From positions 1 through 64,000 of IMG/VR virus record IMGVR_UViG_3300027777_001718: 64,000 bases of DNA, one strand, 5' to 3'. The position numbers were made by a program, and so were the translations under genes. Source of the stretch: a virus. This document shows, in pieces, positions 34,787-44,341 of the stretch. A model generated the notes under the pieces. It made no database searches, had not been told where the DNA came from, and saw only the letters and a program-made list of their open reading frames with translations. Every line of letters begins with the position of its first letter. The first letter of the stretch is position 1.

Positions 34787-36067
34787 TTACCGCGTACGCA
34801 GTGACCGCGCATTATCTGTGATATGCGACGGAAAAAACCCCGACGTGCTATCTGGAATCACCCAGATATGTGCAAGATCAGGGGCCAGATCTGCAAGCTT
34901 ATTGTGATAGAACTCAACGCGATCCCGCTTGTACGCGGGCAGCTTCTTCTCGTGCCAGATGTCGAGAAGCGCCTTCAGCTGGGTAGCGCCCTGCGTTTTG
35001 TCCCGTGCCATACTCTTGACACGGCTAATGTACAGCGCCAGAAACGTTGTACACAACGACAAATGCCGGAAATACTGAGATTCATCAGACTTCAACGTAA
35101 TGTGAAGCAGCTTTTCGACTGTTCCTTTCGTGTTCTCCGTGTCAAGCACAATACTCGGCGTGCAATGATGAAACATCTGCTCGACAACAGTCGAGTTCGC
35201 AAAACCGGCGGCCTCAAACTTTTCGATAAACATGGCCACACTGCGCAACATGTCACCGCCAATACTTTCAGCGCACCGCCAATGCGCAGAAGTTTGCGAC
35301 ACAAGAAATAGCACCCGCTCAAGCACGCCTTTGCCGTACTTGTCGTAGATCTCTTCCAGCGCATACGGCACCTTGATGTTTGGATACGCAGCGCGGCCGC
35401 GGCTATCCGTAGACATCTCAAGCCCAGCAGCCTGAACAATCTCCAAAATTTCATCAATCTTCGGGTCGCTCGACGCCTTACGCGCTTTATAAATATCAAG
35501 CTGTGCGTGCGGCCGCGTTCTGTAATTGCACGTCGAGTAAATCGTGGCTTCGTCTTCCACGGCATCGACAATTGTCACCTCACACAACACAGCCGGCTCA
35601 CCGTTCTCAATCGATGCCAACACACGATGTGCGCCATCAGCTACACGCGCAAACACCGCAATTACAACGCCCTGCTCGTTGACTACTCTACGCATTGTAA
35701 TCAGTGGCATGCGCCGCGCCTTGCGCACAGGGAAACAAATCATTTCCGCAACGTGCGGATAATCGCAACGCTTATTGCGACACCACTCGTCATCTAACGT
35801 CATCGCAGTTGTTGGAATGGCCATAATTGCCCTGCCGTCAGGAACAATGTTTTCTCGGCGGCAGTAGTCATCTGTCGTCGCGATGTTAAGCTCGGCCTGC
35901 TGATAGAGCGCGATCATCTGCTCTAACGACAACGACGCAGTCTGCAGAATTTCATCATTTGCAGTACGCGGCAGATTCTTGAATGTGTACTCGACCTCTT
36001 TATTAAACTTGCAACGCACTGTAAACGGCTTTTCAACCTTCGGCACAACCGCATTTGAATTAGGCAT
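34787..36067 (-). CDS. ParB/Srx-like (DUF6551-type) domain protein
   Basis: VADGAHRVLAS..G...VLC.V...EDEA.IY...N..R....D.YKA pattern. Confidence 0.62.
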   Translation of the reverse strand: MPNSNAVVPKVEKPFTVRCKFNKEVEYTFKNLPRTANDEILQTASLSLEQMIALYQQAELNIATTDDYCRRENIVPDGRAIMAIPTTAMTLDDEWCRNKRCDYPHVAEMICFPVRKARRMPLITMRRVVNEQGVVIAVFARVADGAHRVLASIENGEPAVLCEVTIVDAVEDEATIYSTCNYRTRPHAQLDIYKARKASSDPKIDEILEIVQAAGLEMSTDSRGRAAYPNIKVPYALEEIYDKYGKGVLERVLFLVSQTSAHWRCAESIGGDMLRSVAMFIEKFEAAGFANSTVVEQMFHHCTPSIVLDTENTKGTVEKLLHITLKSDESQYFRHLSLCTTFLALYISRVKSMARDKTQGATQLKALLDIWHEKKLPAYKRDRVEFYHNKLADLAPDLAHIWVIPDSTSGFFPSHITDNARSLRTR

Positions 36068-36096
36068 AAATTTCGCTGTCCTTACGTGTAGGGGTA

Positions 36097-36185
36097 ACAA
36101 AAAGAATGAAAAAGAAAGAAACCTCGCCGCGGAGCCCTCGTAACCGCTTGCGACGATTACGCAGGAAGTGGGCCCCGCGGTGAGG
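36097..36185 (-). terminator. Extended bulged hairpin plus U-tract (terminator and/or small structured RNA)
   Basis: 16-bp basal stem, internal bulge, 8-bp upper stem capped by GCAA, then UUUCUUUCUUUUUC. Confidence 0.65.
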
Positions 36186-36192
36186 AGATCAA

Positions 36193-37578
36193 CTACTTCT
36201 TGCCGGCAGCGCGAGCGCGAGCCTTGGCAAGAATGTCCGCAGAGTCCCGCTTGACAGCGGGCGCAGCTGCCTGCGGCGCGACAATAGGCGGCGGAATAGC
36301 CGCAACGTCAGAAAACATGCCAGCCACGCCAGCTTCTTCCTCTGCAGAAAGTTCAGCCGTCGGCGGATCCCACGGCGCCGGAGGATCCATGCTAACAGGC
36401 GCCTGTCGGGCTGTTGACGCGGCAGGACGAGTTACCGTCTTCTGGTAATGCGTCTCGTCCAGCTCTTCTACAGACACGCTAGCCCCGGAGAACGTCGCCG
36501 TGCCCTTGGGCAATGCACGCATGTACTCGGGGTACTCACGCCATGCAAAGTCCAGCGCTTCACGCGGGAACACAGGCGCCAGCATTTCAGCCTGTTCTTC
36601 GTACGTTGGCAGGCGCAGATAATCGTCCCACGAACCAGTCTCCGCTACGATGCGGTCGGCATACGGCTCAAGGGAGATTTCCTGCCCGTTGAACGTGTCG
36701 TGAAGAATGCCAAAGTGCGTGTAATCACTACGCGAATTCGGATATCCCACCACATACTTGGCCGACGCAGGACCACGGGCAAACTTCGGGCACTGGAACG
36801 CAGCTACGCCTTCCGGGCCAGTCGCTGCCAGATTTGAGCCACCGCTCTTGAACGACTCGGGAAGAATCGTAAACAGCTTTGCAGCCCCGAACGACAACAT
36901 GTCACCGCTCAAGTGTTCGCCGGTGCTTTCGTCGCGCACCTTGAGCGCTGACAGCATGGCCTCGCCAGCGCTGGTTTTTAAGCCGATGATACGGGCGTTA
37001 CGCTTGTTGTCGTCCGAGAACGCACCAAGCGTGATCTTTCCGTGATCGTCAACAAACACAACACTCGCCGAAACAAGCAACGTTTTCTCAGGCTTCTTAA
37101 GCGAGCCGATGTGAGAATTACGCACAAACTCTTTCGACAGCAGCTCGCTGAACAGCCGGCCCAGCGTCGGATGCGGGTTGTCCTTGGAATTATCGTAAGC
37201 CACTTTGCGCAAAACGTGCAGAGGGCTTTCGTACAGATTCAAGTCCGGGTTGCCATTGTGAACAATGAAACAGATACCCGGATTGCCGACCCAGTGAGCA
37301 CAGGTAACAAGTCGCTGCCAGTCACCGTAAGAAACGTTGTCCCGACCTTCACGGAAATTGGCAAATTGCCGATCTCCGCCGTTGCTTTCTTCATACATGG
37401 GAAGAAGCCGAAGGCAAAGACCGTTTGCCATCAGTTCACCGCCAGATGCAATCAGAATGTTATTCTGTTTGCCGTACGCGTAGCGGGATTTGCTATTTGA
37501 ACCGCCTGTGCCAATGTTGTTGGCTTTGCGGTAATCAGGATCAAGCGCAGCTAAATTTGCCGCGTTATAGCGAGGCAT
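36193..37578 (-). CDS. Putative ssDNA-binding / recombination mediator protein
   Basis: Located between the polymerase and recA; LRLLP motif; long Pro/Ala/acidic tail ending in a short helix. Function inferred from context. Confidence 0.45.
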   Translation of the reverse strand: MPRYNAANLAALDPDYRKANNIGTGGSNSKSRYAYGKQNNILIASGGELMANGLCLRLLPMYEESNGGDRQFANFREGRDNVSYGDWQRLVTCAHWVGNPGICFIVHNGNPDLNLYESPLHVLRKVAYDNSKDNPHPTLGRLFSELLSKEFVRNSHIGSLKKPEKTLLVSASVVFVDDHGKITLGAFSDDNKRNARIIGLKTSAGEAMLSALKVRDESTGEHLSGDMLSFGAAKLFTILPESFKSGGSNLAATGPEGVAAFQCPKFARGPASAKYVVGYPNSRSDYTHFGILHDTFNGQEISLEPYADRIVAETGSWDDYLRLPTYEEQAEMLAPVFPREALDFAWREYPEYMRALPKGTATFSGASVSVEELDETHYQKTVTRPAASTARQAPVSMDPPAPWDPPTAELSAEEEAGVAGMFSDVAAIPPPIVAPQAAAPAVKRDSADILAKARARAAGKK

Positions 37579-37666
37579 ATCAACCTTCTCTTTCTTTGTA
37601 ATTAAGGGCCCTATTGCCCTGTGTTATCTGCCCGCAGTTTAGCGCGCAGAATCGAAAAGTCCAGAC

Positions 37667-40600
37667 CTACTCAGAAAAAAGCCAATCCAAGCCAAAAGTC
37701 CTTGCGGCATCAGGCTTTAGCTTCTCCCCCCAGTGCACAAAAACGTCCCTGTCCATGCCGAAATGGTACGGCCCAGCGCCCTTGATCAAGGTGCCGTCCA
37801 ACCGCCGCGGCCAGAACTCAACGTCATCAATCATGCATTTGGGAATCACTTCCTTGTAAACACGCTCGGCGTGCTCAAAAGGCACTATCAACACAATCGC
37901 GTCATGGATCTGCAGCGCGATCTTATAATCAATGTCAGGGTGCTCATTCCGGTACTTACAGAAGTTTGCCAACGCAATAGAAACGGCATCAGCAACGCCA
38001 CCTTGAATAGGGAAGTTCTGCGCCTGCCTTTCCTGCTCGCCCTGCACAGAGCGCTCGTTAGACTCTACGAACCGCCGGAACCGACCATACGGCCCTACAA
38101 GCCAACCGGGGGACTGCGACCGTGACCGGCATTCAGCCAGAAAAGCTTTCGTGCCGGGATAAGCTTTGAAATAGGCGTCGATCATCCGCTGGCAATCATC
38201 AGCGCTAACGTCAACGCCCTCTTCTTTGCACTGCCGCGCAATGGCTTCTGACCCGCGACCGTATGGAATACCAAAGTTCACGTTTTTGGCCGCAATACGC
38301 AAACCTTTCTTGCCGGCCGCTACCAACCCGCTTTTTGTGGGCTCGACGCCTTGGAGATTGAACGTCTTGACTGCCTGCTGACTGTGGATGTCGTAGTGAT
38401 TGGGATCGCTCTCCGGCAGAAGATTCCGCCGGACGTGTTCAATCATATCTTTATCCTGCGACAACCACGCCAGCACAGCCAACTCAGCGCCCGTCAAGTC
38501 AGTCTCAATTCCAACGTGGCCCTCGGGTACACGAAGAATCGACCGTACAGGATGTTTGTAGTGTTCCTTGCCAATTATTCTTTTATAGTCGTCTTCTCGG
38601 CGGCTACTGAGGTTTTGCAAGGGCGGGCGGGAACTAGAGGCGCGGCCGGTTTCCTTCGTCTGGAATAAGTGCGTGCGCACTTTGCCGTCGGAGTGTACGC
38701 ACCCGACGAGGCCTTTTTCGTAAGCAAAGTTTCCGTTTTCGTCTGTTTCAAAATCACCCGTTTCATTTTCAGACGGTTTGCGTAATACCGACTGCAGCAC
38801 CTGACTGGCGAACTTGTAATCGCGAATCTTGGCTGCTGTTGCGTTGTCGTGGCCGAGAATACCGAGACTTTCCTTGTCTGTGCTGGGCGTCGCTGTCTTT
38901 GGATCCACGCCCTTCCACGTCATGTCGGCCCACAATACTGGCCGTTTACCAGTTGTCTTGATCGGCCGCAGGTTGAGTACTCGCGCGTCTTCTGGCACAG
39001 CCGGGGCGTTGGTATACCGACTAGCAAACGCCCGCCCAAAAAGCGCCACAGATAACTGCGGTTGCGACTTGGGGTTGAACGCCGGCCAATTTAGCTCTGC
39101 CCGAATTTCTGCCAACAACCGGTCTTGTGTCTGCATGAACAGGGTTGTTAACTCGTCGGCCCTATTTCTATCAATAACCATGCCGGTCATTTCCATCTCT
39201 AGAAACGCCAGCGACGCGGTATGCGCTGTCCAGTAGGGCAGCCAGCAGTCGTTGCCGTACATATCATGCCGCAACATGCCGTCTGCCCCGTTCGTGCCAT
39301 AGAACCGCATGGCAATTCTGCGCGTCACGTCAGCGTCATAGGACGCATACGGGTGCAGTACGTAAGCTGGGCATTCGCCGTAGCCGCCAACTTCACTGGC
39401 TTTAAGTTTGTTTTCAGCCCGGTACTTCTTTTTCCACTTGTCAAGCGGTTCCCAATAAGTCGGCGCCGTCGTGAATTTCATCGAGCATTCGTCAAGGCCG
39501 TAGCGGGCGCACTCATTGACAGCATGGTACATCAAGCTCGTGTCCCAGCCGCCGTGACACCGGTCGTCTGGGTCGCTAGCCGGAGCATACTCATCACGGC
39601 AGTCCACGCCGAACGCCAGTAGCCACGGAAGGTCAGCGCGGAGGAAATGCCCGCCAACCCGTACGCGCCTGTCTGGCGTGCTTTTAAGCAGCCGGAGTAG
39701 CTCACGCCGCACAACTTCAAGGCCCGGTTTAAACGCAACAGCGCCACCCTGATGCCGTAAAACAATAGTCCGGGCCCATTTGTCTTTGTTTGACACCTGA
39801 ACAGTCCGCAGATACGCGCCGGCTTCTGTGGGATACTCACCGTGCCACTCACAGTCCACTGCAATGATATTTGCGTTGGGTTCTGGATCAGCAATCATCG
39901 AATCAACCAACTCAACCAGCGCGGCTTCTGTATAGATATCTGCGTGGTCGACCTGCTCTGCCGTATAAATCTGGTCATCTAGCAGCGACTTGAAACGCGC
40001 AATCTGGCCCTCAAAGTCACCAGTCGCGTCAGGCTTGCGCACCACATAAGCCGGATGCATCACCGACATGACTTTGATTTCACGTGGATTACCCGCGGCG
40101 TCAAAAGAGGCTAAGGGTAATACACGGCCAGTTAACCCGGTCACATTCCCGGCCGTACGCATGACAGCTTTAGCCGCGTCATTGCCAAGGCACAAAATGT
40201 AGTCAGGCTCAACGAGTCTGATTTCCTGTTCTAGCAAAATGGCACAGTCTTTAATCCACGCCGCAGGAACAGCTGTAATCTCTTCTCGACCAGCTGTAAA
40301 TTTGCACGCCGCAGTGACGTACCAACTGCAGTAAGTTTCGGGACTAATACCTGCGGCTTCCATCGTATCAGCCAGCAGCAACATGCCTGTGCTACCGATA
40401 TAATTCTGATGGCTTAACTCAAACGCGCTGGGAATTTTGCCAACAACCATGACTTTAGCTTTATGGAATGGCCCGAAGATTGCGGCCGGTTGAAGCGCGT
40501 CTTCAGTTCCCCAGATGTGGCCGGGCAAAAACTCAGCTTCCACCTGCTGCGTCTTGAGCATCACAGGCATTGGGAATTGGGGCTTGTAAAGCGCATCCCT

Positions 40601-40831
40601 ATACAGCTTGACCAGCTGCTCACCTACCGGAATGACTTTCTTCTTTTTAACCTCATTGATATCAATTGCGTCGCCCAAAACGTTGGCGTGCGCAATGAAA
40701 TCGGCGCCAGCCGCGGGCATACCGGGCGCTGTCAAGTCAATGAGAGGATACATATCCTCTGTCAGCTTATCCCCCGTATTGTCGTAGAGCGCGCGGGTCA
40801 GCCGATGCGTCAACTGTACCTCAGATGCCAT
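37667..40831 (-). CDS. polA: Family A DNA polymerase with N-terminal UDG-like domain (SPO1-type architecture)
   Basis: UDG-like region (VMVVG..P, EIRLVEPDYILCLG, HPAYVVR); 3'-5' exo DCE...ADL...YASYD; TGRASSSRPPLQN; motif A DLTGAEL; motif B RIAAKNVNFGIPYG; motif C IHDA. Confidence 0.93.
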   Translation of the reverse strand: MASEVQLTHRLTRALYDNTGDKLTEDMYPLIDLTAPGMPAAGADFIAHANVLGDAIDINEVKKKKVIPVGEQLVKLYRDALYKPQFPMPVMLKTQQVEAEFLPGHIWGTEDALQPAAIFGPFHKAKVMVVGKIPSAFELSHQNYIGSTGMLLLADTMEAAGISPETYCSWYVTAACKFTAGREEITAVPAAWIKDCAILLEQEIRLVEPDYILCLGNDAAKAVMRTAGNVTGLTGRVLPLASFDAAGNPREIKVMSVMHPAYVVRKPDATGDFEGQIARFKSLLDDQIYTAEQVDHADIYTEAALVELVDSMIADPEPNANIIAVDCEWHGEYPTEAGAYLRTVQVSNKDKWARTIVLRHQGGAVAFKPGLEVVRRELLRLLKSTPDRRVRVGGHFLRADLPWLLAFGVDCRDEYAPASDPDDRCHGGWDTSLMYHAVNECARYGLDECSMKFTTAPTYWEPLDKWKKKYRAENKLKASEVGGYGECPAYVLHPYASYDADVTRRIAMRFYGTNGADGMLRHDMYGNDCWLPYWTAHTASLAFLEMEMTGMVIDRNRADELTTLFMQTQDRLLAEIRAELNWPAFNPKSQPQLSVALFGRAFASRYTNAPAVPEDARVLNLRPIKTTGKRPVLWADMTWKGVDPKTATPSTDKESLGILGHDNATAAKIRDYKFASQVLQSVLRKPSENETGDFETDENGNFAYEKGLVGCVHSDGKVRTHLFQTKETGRASSSRPPLQNLSSRREDDYKRIIGKEHYKHPVRSILRVPEGHVGIETDLTGAELAVLAWLSQDKDMIEHVRRNLLPESDPNHYDIHSQQAVKTFNLQGVEPTKSGLVAAGKKGLRIAAKNVNFGIPYGRGSEAIARQCKEEGVDVSADDCQRMIDAYFKAYPGTKAFLAECRSRSQSPGWLVGPYGRFRRFVESNERSVQGEQERQAQNFPIQGGVADAVSIALANFCKYRNEHPDIDYKIALQIHDAIVLIVPFEHAERVYKEVIPKCMIDDVEFWPRRLDGTLIKGAGPYHFGMDRDVFVHWGEKLKPDAARTFGLDWLFSE

Positions 40832-40837
40832 AAAACC

Positions 40838-41908
40838 TCACTGTAAAAAAGACAAATCAGCTTTGACGTCGACAGCATCGGCCGCCGCTGAAAGCAGGTC
40901 AAATAACTCAGCGCGTGTATAGTCCGCCGGATCGCGTACGTCTGGAAGAATAACAGGCACGACGCTCATGTTTCTGTCGCACAGCCGCTGCGTAGTCTTT
41001 TCAAGCTCGTCTTGCGCGTCGTTGTCGAGCACAATGAAAATCGGCTTGTCTGCCCACGTTGTAGCCAATGCTGTCTCCTGCCACAAGGATAAAGATTTCC
41101 CGAAACAACAGACGGCCGCCGGCCACATTCGCCATACGCTCGGAGCGCCTTCGACCAAAATCACAACTGGCTGCTCGCGGGCAGCGTCGTAGTTGTAGAG
41201 CATCTGGCTTTTGCGCCCTTGGGTGAAGTACTTCACCGTCATAGTGCGATTGCCAACAATTCGCCCCTGCCACGCAACCAGCTTGCTGTCAGCGTACGCC
41301 GGGATATAAATCCTCCCGCGCATCAGTTTGTATGCGTCCAGTGCCGGAGTAGTGCAAACACCGATATCGAACCGCTCTGCCAGTTCTTTGATATCAAAGT
41401 TCCGCGCCGCCAGATACTCAACCGCCGGGTGGTAATCCGGCAGCGTGTCAATCCTGACAATCTCCCCCGGCGGCTCAATGTCCTTCAGAACGTAGTCGCT
41501 CGTCGGCGGGCGAATAACAGCTTTAGTTTGAAACTGGCGGCCTCCGCCGAAAATTAAGTCAGCCAGCTGCTCTAGCCGCCCTTCTTGCTTCAGACACCCG
41601 TCGTTGTAGCAAACAGCCAAATGCGTATCCATGCGCCGGCCGTCAATAAAGTCAGCTCCGTACGTATGGTTAATCCACAGCCGGTGCCGATCTTCTTTAC
41701 AAAACGGACAGCAAACACGGTAATACTCGCCCCAGCTCTGGGCGCGCTTAATGAACTTGCCGGGGCGCAACGGATCTTTGAACCGCTGAACTTGCGCCGA
41801 CGCCCCGGCATTGGCAATCAGCACGGAACTGAATTTGTGCTCAAGTAGCGAATACAAGAGCGGATTCATCGGATTAATTGTTGGTGCCTCGGGCGCAGCC
41901 ATCGTCAT
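40838..41908 (-). CDS. DnaG-type primase
   Basis: CPFC Zn-ribbon; RIYIP..WQGR; TOPRIM LVEG..SV, LDNDA, DPAD. Confidence 0.85.
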   Translation of the reverse strand: MTMAAPEAPTINPMNPLLYSLLEHKFSSVLIANAGASAQVQRFKDPLRPGKFIKRAQSWGEYYRVCCPFCKEDRHRLWINHTYGADFIDGRRMDTHLAVCYNDGCLKQEGRLEQLADLIFGGGRQFQTKAVIRPPTSDYVLKDIEPPGEIVRIDTLPDYHPAVEYLAARNFDIKELAERFDIGVCTTPALDAYKLMRGRIYIPAYADSKLVAWQGRIVGNRTMTVKYFTQGRKSQMLYNYDAAREQPVVILVEGAPSVWRMWPAAVCCFGKSLSLWQETALATTWADKPIFIVLDNDAQDELEKTTQRLCDRNMSVVPVILPDVRDPADYTRAELFDLLSAAADAVDVKADLSFLQ

Positions 41909-41919
41909 ACAAACTCCTT

Positions 41920-43566
41920 TCAGGCAAGACCGTTGTCTTCAGCAAACCGGTCAACCGGCATAATGCGCCGGCGTGGTTCTCTTGCTGCGGCAGGCGCAAG
42001 TGGCGCAATGTCGCCGCGGCGCAGAATCTTGCGGGCTGTTTCAGACGCTGTGTACTCATCATTTACCAAATGCACGTCCAAGATGTTATCGTCGATACGC
42101 ACAAGCCCGCGTCGGCTAGCCGGCACACCAGACCTGATCTTAGAGTAATGAATCGTAGAAACGCGTGTTTCATCGCAGCGCTTGTTCACGCACAAACAAG
42201 CGTGTAGAAACTCAGCGAACGATTTTGAACCCGCTGCGTCGGTATGTGACGTGTACTTATACGGCGGTTTCTTCTCATATTGACCCGGCGCCAATTGATG
42301 CGCCAGCATGACAGTTGCGCCGTACGGGACAGCAATTTTTGTGCGTAAATCGTCCGCCACGTTTTTGATCGGCCGGGCAAGGCTTTCTACGTATCGACCG
42401 CGCTTATCATTTGACATTTCACGCTCAACAAGCGCGCTGGCATGGTCCACGAACAGCGCGCCAATATCCATGTTGCGCGTTTCGGCAACCTTCTCAATAA
42501 CCGCCACAATTTCAGAAACGCCGCCGTCACCGTGATTGCCGGTTTTGATGTTCTTCGAAAAATCCAAGAACATGAAATGTTTGTTGAACCATTCCATCAT
42601 GGCAACCCAGCGGTCACGCTCACACAGCATGATTTCACCGTTACGATTTTCGGGCAGTTCGCGCTCGTACGATTTCAACGTGTCACGCGTTGAGAAGTCA
42701 TTCCAAAAATTAGGGTTGTCCACAAACAAATTTCGGTCGATATGAGAAGCCGCGGACCAGAATAACGGATTCATCTTATCCGCCCCGTCTTCGTAACAGA
42801 CGTATACAGAAAGCTTGTTATTCCCACGTACGAAAAACTGCTGCGCTATGCGGACCGCAGCAGCTGCCATCATTGTCGTCTTACCGCCTTCAAACGGCCC
42901 TAAAAGGCCAATCATGTCACCTCTGCGGAAACCGCCCAGATACTGGTCAATCCACGGAATAGTCGTCGGCTCAGGTGCCGGCGCCAACACAATCTCAGCG
43001 CCAAATTCTGGGGCATGTGCGGCATTGACAATTTCGCTGCCAAGATATTGAACAGCTTTGGCTTTCTGTGCAAACGCTTGCAACCGAGCTTCAAAATCAA
43101 CAACAACCGTATCTTTTGCTGAGTTAATGGTGTGCTGCAATTCCGGTTTCAGAATTCGTACATTTACAAATCGCCGCAGAATTGTTTCCTGATACTGCCG
43201 ATCTGCGCGCCTGTCGTCGTTTACGCGGGCCTGCGGCTCAAAAGCGTCTGTTATGAGAACGATCAAATCTTCAAGCTCTTCCGCCCGAATAGACATCGTT
43301 CCGCCGTCGTACCACGCGCGCAACTGTGCTACTAATGCGCGCTCCGGTACGGCGTTGAATTGCTCGTACAGGCCAATTGCTGCGGCATACAGATAAATAA
43401 ACGGCGATTCTTTGCCGCCGCCTAAGAAATGCCCCGGCGTCACGCCAACATTGTGGGCATCTTTTAACAACCCGGGATTACACAGAAATCCACGGACCAT
43501 TTCTTTGATTTCATCATACTGCAACACTTCTTCGTGAGTCTCGCGCGCTCCGTCGCTACTAGCCAT
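41920..43566 (-). CDS. DnaB-like replicative helicase
   Basis: IDQYLGGFRRGD, GPFEGGKTT, YED, FVDH, AHQL, KIR. Confidence 0.85.
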   Translation of the reverse strand: MASSDGARETHEEVLQYDEIKEMVRGFLCNPGLLKDAHNVGVTPGHFLGGGKESPFIYLYAAAIGLYEQFNAVPERALVAQLRAWYDGGTMSIRAEELEDLIVLITDAFEPQARVNDDRRADRQYQETILRRFVNVRILKPELQHTINSAKDTVVVDFEARLQAFAQKAKAVQYLGSEIVNAAHAPEFGAEIVLAPAPEPTTIPWIDQYLGGFRRGDMIGLLGPFEGGKTTMMAAAAVRIAQQFFVRGNNKLSVYVCYEDGADKMNPLFWSAASHIDRNLFVDNPNFWNDFSTRDTLKSYERELPENRNGEIMLCERDRWVAMMEWFNKHFMFLDFSKNIKTGNHGDGGVSEIVAVIEKVAETRNMDIGALFVDHASALVEREMSNDKRGRYVESLARPIKNVADDLRTKIAVPYGATVMLAHQLAPGQYEKKPPYKYTSHTDAAGSKSFAEFLHACLCVNKRCDETRVSTIHYSKIRSGVPASRRGLVRIDDNILDVHLVNDEYTASETARKILRRGDIAPLAPAAAREPRRRIMPVDRFAEDNGLA

Positions 43567-44341
43567 TGTATGTCCTCCAATGATCGCGAATTAAGCGGAC
43601 AGCGGCGCGTAATTCATCAGTGACCCACCATGCTGTGTCTTCGTTTTTAATAACCTCGTCGTACGCTGGTTGATTTGCTTCGTAATCTAATGCTGCTCGC
43701 CACAGATAACGCTCAATAGCGCTGTCGCAATTTGCCAGCGCAGCCCACGCGTGTCTAAAAAATGGCGTCGCTGAAACATAGCCCTCATCGCAAAGCACGT
43801 ACAGCGTTTGATTTTCTTTCGAGAACTTAAAAATGTTTGTGCTTTTGTAGCGTGATTGAATCGTGTGCCCAGCGACGTGCGCTTTTAGCGAAATAGCTTT
43901 CGGTAAATCTTCGCAATACCGGTCGTATAATTTTTGCGATGACGCGCCGTACAGCATCGTCGGGCGCATGGTTGGCATCTTGTCTAACCCGCCGGCTAAT
44001 GTGACCTCCGCGGCTGGCGAGAAATGCGCATAAACCCACATACCGGGGTTTGCGCCGACAGATGCTACAGCGCGCGCTGCTTTGGCCCACGCAGACGTGT
44101 GGCGCACGCCAAAGTTATCTTTACCGCCGTCCCAAATAGGCCGCCGCAACGTATGTGCGGAATCATCCCAATCCACTGCGGCGTCGTTTAAATAAATAAA
44201 CTGATACCGCAAATACGCGGCTAGCTGCTCTGTCGTCAGCTGGGAATACCAGCCATGCGCTAATATCGCGTCATGTGGCCCCGCCGCCTCCACCGTTGCG
44301 CCAACTACGTTGTGCGTCATGCCAGTTTTGTTCCCATCCAA
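43559..44341 (-). CDS. Hypothetical protein (possible helicase loader)
   Basis: Lies between the SF2 helicase and DnaB; start codon uncertain. Confidence 0.55.
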   Translation of the reverse strand: MDGNKTGMTHNVVGATVEAAGPHDAILAHGWYSQLTTEQLAAYLRYQFIYLNDAAVDWDDSAHTLRRPIWDGGKDNFGVRHTSAWAKAARAVASVGANPGMWVYAHFSPAAEVTLAGGLDKMPTMRPTMLYGASSQKLYDRYCEDLPKAISLKAHVAGHTIQSRYKSTNIFKFSKENQTLYVLCDEGYVSATPFFRHAWAALANCDSAIERYLWRAALDYEANQPAYDEVIKNEDTAWWVTDELRAAVRLIRDHWRTYNG

